Shown in pieces: positions 51,161 through 60,927 of a stretch of 64,000 bases of DNA. This DNA is from Lytechinus pictus (lineage: Eukaryota). Location of the stretch: the NCBI RefSeq assembly GCF_037042905.1, contig NC_087251.1:62001-126000 (forward strand). The letters run 5' to 3'. The notes under the pieces are model-generated. The model searched no databases. It was given only the letters and a program-made list of their open reading frames with translations, and had not been told where the DNA came from. The position numbers were made by a program, and so were the translations under genes. How positions within the stretch are numbered: position 1 is the stretch's first letter; each line of letters opens with the position of its first letter.

Positions 51161-53072
51161 GACTGTGTTCTTTTTTCTTTATTGAAGTAAATCTGATTTT
51201 TCTTTATTCATACTCCATTTCGATTAATACATAGAACAATCAGGTTTACCGACAATAAGGTTACATTTAAAGCACTTACAGTGCAAACGGAGGCTTGCGT
51301 ATAATTTTTCATGTAAATTGCATTTCAGCCCAAAACAAAACATGCGTGTATTCTGCATGGTAATAATAATAAAAATAATATTAAAAAAAAAAGTGATCTG
51401 TGATTCATTTGTAAAGTTTTGCCACATCAAGATAATTACTTTGCTATTCGTAGGCTGTGCAGATCAGATATATTTGCACCTTCTTTAGGATTTAGGCCCT
51501 ATAGGTAACCCGCCTTAGGGCCTATAATGCCTTCTTTATAATCATAAACCAACTTTTTATTGTTTTATACGTCCTGGGCAAACGCAGGAACACAATATAC
51601 ATTTATATTCCGTTGATAATTCACGTAAATAACATTTAAAAAAAAGCCCAATCTCACTTTTGAATTTTTTGTTGGCCTTGTATGACATACTGTCAACCCA
51701 TTTCATTGAGAATTCAGGAATCACCTGGACATAAATACGTAAATGTTGTTCTCATTTTAAAACGACACATGCCTTCAAACCATTCAACTTGTGTAGTGGC
51801 TTTCCCCATACTGGAGATAGTCATTTCAAATTGGGATTGATATTGTCTATTATGTTGGATGTTCTTTCATCAATACATGCTCAGTGCCTTTCGGGTCTTC
51901 TTTCTCATTTGCATTTCTCGCCTAAATTTCCTATCCTAACCAGGCAAACACTTCAACGAATTGTTTTCATCTTTTTTATTGATGCAAAAATTCTTTATTC
52001 TTCGCTTCACCTACGTTGCTTTGAATCAGTTTTGCCGACAATCAGGTTAAAGTCAAAGCATGTATGGGCCTATGCAAATGAGAATAATATTCTCATTTGC
52101 ATAGGCCCATACATATTATGTTTCCTATTTTCAAGATTCAATCAAAACAAGTATTTAAAATAAAACATGTCTTCTTTTTAGCTTGCATGTTCAGCATCCC
52201 AAGGTTTAGTCATTCAAATGATATCGTTTTACCATTGTTACACATTCTATATGCTATAATCATAATGACATATTTCATATATTTGCTTTATGTATGTCCA
52301 AATTTATGGTTTATGAACGCCACTGGAATGATGCTTGATAATAGGTCCATGATTCAAACTAGTTACGCGTTAGAAGCGCTGTTTGGAGCTTTGAGCGCTT
52401 TGTTCGGGTGTGTCGCTCTGGCAACAGTTGTTCCGACTTTTGAATAGTCTAAAAAAAAAACAATTTGTTTAAAGTTTGGTTAAATTGGTTTGAGCAATGG
52501 TTGTTGGAATGGCGGCCTGAGCGACGTGCTTGGGGTTTGAATGGCGTTTTTTTCTTTTTGTTTGCGGTGTACATATTTATCCTATCTACGGTATTTCCGG
52601 GTAATTGCCATACCGGCAATTGAACCCCTTATCTTTGAACAATAACATTGTCTAATTTATTGTGATGGAAAAAATACATGCAATTTTATTTGATCTATTG
52701 TTCGTTCAGTTTGCTGAGTGTACACAAAACCATGTGCAGCTGTACTATGTATATACATTCAATTCTTTTTCAAGGCAATGTTGCCCATTTTGTTGAGGGT
52801 AATAGAATCCCACGAACATTATGTTTTATCTTAACATAATTATTTGCAAACAGCTATTTTACCTTTTTTCCTCCTTCTCCCCCCCCCCCCAATTTTTTTT
52901 GTAGCAAATGTCACAAAATACAGGTTGCCACTAGCCTTGAGTATGTCAGACCGTCACGCGTGAACACACCCTTATACACTCAACGCAAAACACATGCACC
53001 CCTCCTAGCACCTTGCACGCACCGAGCACTCCCAATCGTACTGCAAACCAAAATGTACCTCATTTGGATGAC

Positions 53073-56015
53073 ATGTTTAATGATGAAGTATTTGCCCCCC
53101 AGAGCAAATATTACACTGCTAAAGAATTTATTTCAGCTTTTAATACTAAAAATCGAAACGATAAACCAAATCACTTTAGCTTAATGCACATAAACATTCG
53201 AAGCTTACAAAAGAACTTTGAAACTTTCAGTGAATTCTTAAATATATTGAATAAATTTCCATTCTCTATTATAGGTATGACCGAGACGTGGTTACACTCA
53301 ACAACCCCTCCCATATTCGAAATTGATAATTATACATTTAACCATATAGATCGTAAACAAGGTAAGGGAGGTGGGGTCGCTTTTTATATTCACAATGATA
53401 TGCATTATAAAATAAGGGACGATATTCAACTTGACGGGTTAGAAACTTTATTCATAGAAATTATCGATGATAAACATAAAAATAAAATAGTCGGTGTAAT
53501 ATATAGGCCACCAAACAGCGTTGTTGATATATTTCTAGATAGATTAGAATTATGTCTCGAAACTGTATCTCGTGAAAATAAGGACATCTACATCATGGGC
53601 GATTTTAATATAGATCTCTCAATACCTTATACTGCCCTCGGCCAACACATGATCACTTTGATGTCATCATTTTCTTTTAAACCTCTCATTGATAAACCTA
53701 CGAGGATAACAAATGCGACACATACAATTATTGACAATATTTTTACAAATGTATTTAATACCAATAATAATGGAATAATATATTATGATATCTCTGATCA
53801 TTTACCTATTTTCACGATATGTTCAAGCACCTATCGCTTACATAAACAATGCAACACAGAACACACTACTCGACGAAAAGAGACCAAGCGCAACATAGAT
53901 TCCCTAAAAACAGATCTGTTTACAGAAACATGGCAAGATGTTTATCAAGAGCAGGATGTTAACAATTCATATGAAATATTCATAAACAAACTTCTTCATT
54001 ATTACAACAAAAACGTACCTTTGACAAAAATAACTTCAAACAAAAAGAAGAATAAACAACCATGGATCACTCAAGGAATAATTAAATCTATATTTACTCG
54101 CAATAGATTGTATAAGATATCACTTAAATCACCTACAATAGAACATCAAAATAAATACAAAAAATATCGTAATAAATTAACATCTGTAATCCGTTTAGCA
54201 CGAAAATCTTACTTCTCAGACAAAATTGAAAACAATAAAGACAATAACAAAACTTTATGGCATACAATAAATGACATTCTAGGTAAGAAAAAAGATGATC
54301 GAGACAATGATGAATTTTTAGAAAATGGTGACCACATCAGAGACCCCAGTGTTATTGCAAACGCATTCAATTCATTTTTTACTAATGTTGGTCCAAACCT
54401 AGCTTCGAAAATTGTTACCAATGACCATGATTTTTCACAATATTTAGATAACCATAACGAACACTCCTTATTTTTCAACCCTACTAATATTCAGGAAATG
54501 TTAGAAATTGTTCGATCCTTAAAACCCAGCAAATCCAGTGGCCATGATGGGATAAGTGTATATCTACTTAAACAAATAATTTTTTTCCTGGCTTCTCCAC
54601 TTGTACATATTTTCAATCTGTCTCTCTCTCAAGGTGTTTTTCCTGAATCGCTAAAACTTGCCAAAATTATTCCAATATATAAAAAAGATGACCCATGTCG
54701 GATTGTAAACTACCGCCCTATTTCACTGTTACCAAGCATTTCCAAAATACTTGAAAAAATTGTTTACAATCGTTTATACTCATTTTTGGACACTAACAAA
54801 TTATTAATCCCCAATCAATATGGTTTCAGAAAAAACCATTCAACCGATTATGCAATTTTACAATTATATGATAAAATAACTGATTCACTTTCAAAAAAGG
54901 AGCACACTATTGGGGTTTTTATGGATTTATCGAAGGCGTTCGATACAATGGACCATCGCATATTACTGAGTAAACTAAAGACATATGGAATCAGAGGGAT
55001 CGTACTATCTTGGTTTAAAGATTATTTAGCTAATAGACGCCAATATGTTAATTTTAAATCCAAATCATCTAATATATGCCCCGTAATATGTGGAGTACCA
55101 CAGGGTTCAATCCTGGGACCTTTATTATTTTTAATATATATGAACGACATTGTGAACACATCACCCTTACTTACATATGTTTTATTCGCAGATGACACCA
55201 ACATATTTTATTCACACCACAACTTAAACATACTTGTTGCAACTCTCAATCAAGAATTAAAGAAATTATCAATATGGTTTAAATCAAACAAACTTTCACT
55301 TAACATAGATAAAACAAATTTCATGTACTTCAAACACATTAATTCTAAACATATATTTCGCGATAATATTTATATCAATGATATACCCATTAATGAAAAA
55401 CAAGAAACTAAATTTTTAGGTGTAGTGATCGATGCTAACATAACTTGGAGTAGTCACATTCGTAATATAAGCATGATGGCAGGAAGAGGCATAGGCATTT
55501 TGTATAAATTAAAATATTATATCTCTCAAAGATCGTTACTTATGCTCTATAACTCATTTATCTTATCGTATATATCTTATTGTAATATTGTATGGGGAAA
55601 TAGTAACAAAATCAAAATCGATTCAATATTGCGCCTTCAAAAGAAAGCACTTCGCATTTGTCATCACTCCCATTATCTCGCTCATACTGATCCTATATTT
55701 CATGATTTTAAAACATTGAAGATCTACGATATTCACACTTATCAAACTGCTATTTTTATGTACAAATTTTCCACCAACACTATACCAACACCCTTTCGAA
55801 ATATTTTTGTCTATAATAGAGACATTCATTCATACCCTACTCGACATTCATCTGACTTTCATTTAACAAACCCAAAACTAATAATTGCTCACAAAACAAT
55901 ACGGCATCACGGCCCGGATGTTTGGAACAACCTTCCGAATGATATCAAACAAGCTGCATCTCTTATATCATTTAAAGCTTCACTAAAGAGGTACCTTTTA
56001 TCTAAATACTTATAA
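53073..56015 (+). CDS. LINE ORF2p: apurinic-like endonuclease + reverse transcriptase (980 aa from the first ATG; frame open from 52941)
   Basis: Endonuclease motifs HINIRSL, ETWL, YRPP, GDFN, IDNIF and SDH. RT motifs NYRPISLL, QYGFR, DLSKAFDT, GVPQGSILGP and FADD. No stops. Confidence 0.97.
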   Translation: MFNDEVFAPQSKYYTAKEFISAFNTKNRNDKPNHFSLMHINIRSLQKNFETFSEFLNILNKFPFSIIGMTETWLHSTTPPIFEIDNYTFNHIDRKQGKGGGVAFYIHNDMHYKIRDDIQLDGLETLFIEIIDDKHKNKIVGVIYRPPNSVVDIFLDRLELCLETVSRENKDIYIMGDFNIDLSIPYTALGQHMITLMSSFSFKPLIDKPTRITNATHTIIDNIFTNVFNTNNNGIIYYDISDHLPIFTICSSTYRLHKQCNTEHTTRRKETKRNIDSLKTDLFTETWQDVYQEQDVNNSYEIFINKLLHYYNKNVPLTKITSNKKKNKQPWITQGIIKSIFTRNRLYKISLKSPTIEHQNKYKKYRNKLTSVIRLARKSYFSDKIENNKDNNKTLWHTINDILGKKKDDRDNDEFLENGDHIRDPSVIANAFNSFFTNVGPNLASKIVTNDHDFSQYLDNHNEHSLFFNPTNIQEMLEIVRSLKPSKSSGHDGISVYLLKQIIFFLASPLVHIFNLSLSQGVFPESLKLAKIIPIYKKDDPCRIVNYRPISLLPSISKILEKIVYNRLYSFLDTNKLLIPNQYGFRKNHSTDYAILQLYDKITDSLSKKEHTIGVFMDLSKAFDTMDHRILLSKLKTYGIRGIVLSWFKDYLANRRQYVNFKSKSSNICPVICGVPQGSILGPLLFLIYMNDIVNTSPLLTYVLFADDTNIFYSHHNLNILVATLNQELKKLSIWFKSNKLSLNIDKTNFMYFKHINSKHIFRDNIYINDIPINEKQETKFLGVVIDANITWSSHIRNISMMAGRGIGILYKLKYYISQRSLLMLYNSFILSYISYCNIVWGNSNKIKIDSILRLQKKALRICHHSHYLAHTDPIFHDFKTLKIYDIHTYQTAIFMYKFSTNTIPTPFRNIFVYNRDIHSYPTRHSSDFHLTNPKLIIAHKTIRHHGPDVWNNLPNDIKQAASLISFKASLKRYLLSKYL

Positions 56016-56400
56016 ATTCTCACCTGCACTCGCACTCACTTGCACACACTTCATCTTGCCCCTTCCCCCCTTCCTTTTATTATATTTTAAGCTATATAAG
56101 TGACATCACTTTTAAATAATAAAGACTCGGTATTTTTATTATGGTTTCCATGTAGCCTCTTTTCCCCTGGCTGCTATTATTTCAAGCTTTCAGCTTACGA
56201 TAGCTGGCCTCTGCATTTACATTCATTTGTTATTGTTTACATGAATATTATGTCTATTATATCTACTTAACTACTATACAATTGTCACCTTTGTAACTTG
56301 ATCAGTATGTATGTTTCATTTTATATCATTGTTATAAATTTGTAATTTTGATTTATTAATAAATGCAGAAATACTGCTTTAAAAAAAAAAATTTTTAAAA

Positions 56401-56928
56401 AAAAGGAAAATAACATTTTTATAACGTTCAATTTCTGCTCTTTAATTTGATACCTCAATTACAGAAAACGGTCGAGAAAAAATAAAGTTCTGTTTATTTC
56501 AAATAAGGCATGAATTCCAATAAATTCATAAAATGAAGAGGGTTTACAAGGTAGCTTTCAGAACACTGCGTTTTCTTGACGATCAGCTATGCATTGAGTC
56601 TTTTGTTAAACGTGCGATAGCTTAGGTGGGAAACCGGTGAAAACCTGTTTGTTTCAGGAAATTATGGGAATACAAGCATTCTTTCGAAGAACCATAACTT
56701 TGTTATATTTTGACCATTTTCTGAGATTTAGCTATCAAATTAAGAGAAGATAGTGAACTTTTAGGCATGTGATTTTCTTTTAAAAATGTTGATACCCCCG
56801 CCGAATGACTATTTGCTATCCTTTCTTCAAATTGTTTTTACTCACTCATGCGTGGATGAGAAATCTTGTATGTTATACCAGTTAAGAGGAGATTCTAAGC
56901 TTTACAATGGTAGGTGCGAGACACACTG
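56401..56928. mobile_element. Right part of the split Tc1-like MITE (internal deletion near the end)
   Basis: Resumes at GAAAATAACAT..GTTCAATTTCTGC, collinear with 38258-38770; ends GAGACACACTG. Confidence 0.85.
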
Positions 56929-56930
56929 TG

Positions 56931-56969
56931 TATATATATATATATTGTTCTCTTCATCCATTTCCTTCA

Positions 56970-57060
<91 letters not shown>
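56931..57060. repeat. (TA)n/(TG)n microsatellite containing a 22-bp relic of the adjacent element
   Basis: Simple repeats. TGTTCTCTTCATCCATTTC at 56946 matches the sequence at ~57633. Confidence 0.9.
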
Positions 57061-57061
<1 letters not shown>

Positions 57062-57208
57062 AAAGTTATACATGTACAACAGCTATTGGCAACTCTTTTT
57101 ATTTAAATATTGTAAAGAAATGGATGAAGAGAACAAAGGTAGGCGTAGCTTAAATCAAGGTTCCCCAGAGCTATCTACCCTTTGGAAAAATTGGTGATGC
57201 CGAAAAAA

Positions 57209-57280
57209 TGTCTCTGCCGGGAATCGAACCCGGGCCCCCAGCTTTGAACGCCGGTGCCTTAACCACTAGACCACAGAGAC
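57209..57280 (-). tRNA. tRNA-like gene with UCA anticodon (tRNA-Glu-like D and T arms; not tRNA-Sec architecture)
   Basis: GTCTCTG TG GTCT AGTGGTTA AGGC A CCGGC GTTCAAA GCTGG GGGC CCGGG TTCGATT CCCGG CAGAGAC A, then TTTTTT. All four stems pair. G32 is atypical. Confidence 0.8.
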
Positions 57281-57895
57281 GGGTTAGTGGCTAGGGCGAC
57301 CCCGATCCGTTTGACCGTCAGATAGACAAATTTTCGACACCATGCCAATTATAATTTCCTTTGTCGGGTGAAGGTGGGTTTTTAACAATGACAAGCCGCC
57401 ATGCCTCAGCTGGATCAAAGCTATTGCTTCGATACAGTACACGTATGGGCGAAGAAATACAAATGTGTAAAGTTATACATGTACAACAGCTATTGGCAAC
57501 TCTTTTTTATTTAAATATTGTAAAGAAATGGATGAAGAGAACAAAGGTAGGCAGAGACATTTTTTCGGCATCACCAATTTTTCCAAAGGGTAGATAGCTC
57601 TGGGGAACCTTGATTTAAGCTACGCCTACCTTTGTTCTCTTCATCCATTTCTTTACAATATTTAAATAAAAAAGAGTTGCCAATAGCTGTTGTACATGTA
57701 TAACTTTACACATTTGTATTTCTTCGCCCATACGTGTACTGTATCGAAGCAATAGCTTTGATCCAGCTGAGGCATGGCGGCTTGTCATTGTTAAAAACCC
57801 ACCTTCACCCGACAAAGGAAATTATAATTGGCATGGTGTCGAAAATCTGTCTATCTGACGGTCAAACGGATCGGGGTCGCCCTAGCCACTAACCC

Positions 57896-57966
57896 GTCTC
57901 TGTGGTCTAGTGGTTAAGGCACCGGCGTTCAAAGCTGGGGCCCGGGTTCGATTCCCGGCAGAGACA
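57896..57966 (+). tRNA. Second copy of the UCA-anticodon tRNA-like gene
   Basis: Same sequence with one G fewer in the variable region, followed by TTTTTT. Confidence 0.75.
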
Positions 57967-58031
57967 TTTTTTCGGCATCACCAATTTTTCCAAAGGGTAG
58001 ATAGCTCTGGGGAACCTTGATTTAAGCTACG

Positions 58032-58083
<52 letters not shown>

Positions 58084-58094
58084 CTGTATATATG

Positions 58095-58768
58095 TATTTG
58101 AGATCAAGAGTATGGGAGGGCTGTAGCAAGGTCAATTCCAGTATTCATCAAGCTTTCGGGCACATGCCCTTCATCAGGATCTAAACCTATATAAAATACA
58201 AAATAAATAGACCTACTAATAACAATGATAAATATAATACAATGCAATATATAACGGAGATAAGTAATTACAGTCCATAAGTAATAACCAATTATTCATA
58301 TAAGGTAATGGTGAGTCAATATGTAACGAAGTATAGAATATATAGTTACCGTAAGGTCCGTAAGTATAGTGTATTGTTGACAGTAAAGTTAAGTGTAAAG
58401 TGAGGTCAGGTGTGCGGGGATGAGTTCATTAGAGGGTGAAGAGGGTCGTTTATTGGTCGGCGTTTATACCACGTGGTCTTATTAATGTTTTGAGTTTGTG
58501 TATCCAATGAGATTCCCTTTTCATGATGGTGTCGTGTTTCTTGTTTTTTACTATTTCGATGGCAGTGATTTTAATGTTGTGTACTGTATGGCCGGGAAGT
58601 TTTGAAATGTATGGTGTATGGGAGGGTTTTGCTGTTGGGTTTGTTTTTGTTGTAATTGGTTACTTCTGATCTAGTGTTATTTAGTCGTGTGTATAGTGTT
58701 GTTTCAGTCTTTCCGACGTATTGCATGTTGCATTTAATGCATGTTAGGAGGTAGATGACCCATGAGGA
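58095..58768 (-). mobile_element. 5'-truncated Penelope-like element (GIY-YIG C-terminus + 3' region) between TA tracts
   Basis: VIYLLTCIKCNMQYVGKTETTLYTRLNN..HF, then after frameshifts LPGHTVHNIKITAIE..RESHWIHKLKTL..PRGINADQ* (stop at 58450-58452). The CxxC in the motif is Neptune-like. Confidence 0.88.
58147..58180 (-). ncRNA. Minimal type I hammerhead ribozyme in the PLE 3' region
   Basis: ATC-CTGATGA-A-GGGC-ATGT-GCCC-GAAA-GC-TT-GAT, with a palindromic AAGCTT stem III as in dimeric PLE hammerheads. Confidence 0.75.
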
Positions 58769-60927
58769 TATATATATATATATATATATATACACTGCAT
58801 ACAATTAGTGAGTGTGGGGTTTTTCGCAATAATGAATTGCAAACGTCTAGATCTAGACTATAGGTGGATGTCTGTATGACCTGATTCGCATCAATCTAGC
58901 AACACTGATCACCCATCCAGGGGCTCCATCAGGTCCACCATCCAACATGACAACTCCAATCTGTGTATGAGAGCCTTTCAACACGATTCCCGGATTAGAT
59001 ACTCTCAAATCAATCATTCTCAATTGGGATATAATCAGGGATATCTTCCCTGGTTCTATTCAAAGTTGTAAAGATCGTGTTTCTCCACCATGGCACCGTG
59101 AATGAATTTATCACGGTTTAATTAATGCGCGCCCATAACGACTCAGTAATATATTCAAATAATGAATTAAGATCCCTCTTCTGAGCTTATGGTAGCAAGT
59201 TACTCCATTAACCTGTTTAACATGAAAAATAAATTAACCGTTTTAAAGACTCTATGTTTCTTTTTCAGGTAAGAAAATGGGGAAGCATTTAAGTAGGCTG
59301 GAACAAATTTTATTTGAAAGGGATATTCACTTGAACTATATGAAAAAAATAAAACCCCAATTTTCCCTACCTCGATGTGATAATGCCCCTACTGCAAGTC
59401 TAGAAGACTAAGGCAAACGCACTTTAATGACACATATGCCTTACTTAACAGTGGAGATATGAGATTTTTAGGGGCCAGATATGGTATCGGACAAGAGAGC
59501 AAAGTGAGCGAGAGGAGAGATTTTATTTATTAAGAAAATAACGTCATATTTCACCCTTCGTTCTTTCCTCTATTTTTCCTTTTCTCTTTTTTTTCTTGGT
59601 AGTGAAAAATTTAGGGGGAAGTGCCCTGAAGAACCCCCCCCCCCCCTCATCTGTACGCCATTGCAACTTATTGCCCTACTTGTGGGGTTTGGGAGGGGTC
59701 CTATTTTTTTTTTTTTACAAAGTTGGGATACAGTGAATTTATTCGAATCATTGCAGGCCTATTGTACACACCATGATGATAGCTTTAATAGCATTAAAAC
59801 ATCAGCCCAAAATGACCTTTAACTAGACAAAATTGAATCTATTTCCTAATTTATCAATAATTATATGCTTTTCACACTGCATTTCCTTAATAGTCCGGCA
59901 GCCCAGGAGATTTATTCAAACGAAAGCCTGACAAGCAAATGACCCCATAGCTGGATGACATGGACCCTTAAGTTTATAAAAATGCATTGCTGCCGGGTTT
60001 CATCCGTGATCTTCCCGCCGAAATGACGTAATATATGACGTCACTACAAAATGGCCCTATTTCACAATTTTTTAGACATTCTACACATAGCATGAAGTCA
60101 AGGGAATATATCTCAACCAAACCATGTTTTTTTGTATGAAATTTTCAAAATATATTGTTCAAGTAGTGCAAAAGAAACATGCAAAATTTCACGAACAGAA
60201 ATTATTGTTTACATATGCAGATTATGTCATGAAATTTGCATATCATTAGTTTGGAAGATTTCTTGCTTCAAAAATTGTCGAAAATCGATTCAGAAATGTA
60301 TTTTCTTTCTTAGTGTACTTTCTTTGATATATTTCCTGTCAAGCATGATATCGTTCTTTTTATCTATATCTCTACTTTTAGAAAATATATGTCAGTAATT
60401 GAAAATGACATTATAGACTGTGATTTCAGCCCCCTTTTCAATATGGTGCGTACATAGAAATCGTGCGTTTTGGGCCTATTTTCACCATATAGCTGAGGTG
60501 TGCTTACGATATGCCTACGTTATGGATGTTTCCTGCATTTTGCATGATATTAAATCTTCCAAACAACATATTTTCATCTTCATTATGTCTCTGCTAATAA
60601 ATTAAGGATTTCAGCAAAGATTGATTGCCCACTGGGCAGTCTATAGGCTACGTTTTCAGCCTAGTTTTCAACAACGAACCTATACCATGTATGACTGCAT
60701 TATTGTAGTCGTGTCGGAAATGGAAGTTCCTGTGCACTATCATAATATATTTTTAATCAACGTTTTTGTATTGCCTGAAGTGTCTAGTTAATGAATCTTG
60801 ATGTTCCCTTTGCAAAATCGTGTCCCACGGGGTTCAAAATTGATATCTTTGGCGGCCCTCTTGGATTTTTAAAATGAAAATTCATTATTTTCATATTTTT
60901 TTGCACAGAGTGTGACAATGGGACAAT

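Larger units (their letters stand above)
47211..56400 (+). mobile_element. Apparently full-length CR1/Crack/L2-group LINE with a very long inter-ORF spacer
   Basis: 5' UTR, ORF1, spacer, ORF2, and a 3' UTR with AATAAA and an A-rich tail. It is bracketed by the two contiguous halves of one MITE. Confidence 0.8.
57059..58035. mobile_element. Young ~407-bp circularly permuted tRNA-bearing unit: two ~1.2-mers in inverted orientation
   Basis: TAAAGTTATACATG occurs at 57061 and 57468, and AGAGACATTTTTTC at 57553 and 57960 (period 407). The strand switches at a GGC microhomology at ~57550-57552. The arms are almost identical. Confidence 0.9.

Noticed and set aside
56786..57197. YIYIYI/CVCV ORFs
   Set aside because: They are translations of the (TA)n/(TG)n microsatellite.
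57209..57280. Genuine tRNA-Sec gene
   Set aside because: It has a short variable loop and a standard 7/5 acceptor/T-stem geometry, unlike eukaryotic tRNA-Sec.
57361..57815. Twin ORFs MSGEGGFLTM... on opposite strands
   Set aside because: They result from the inverted duplication. Both have TTG starts and no recognisable domain.
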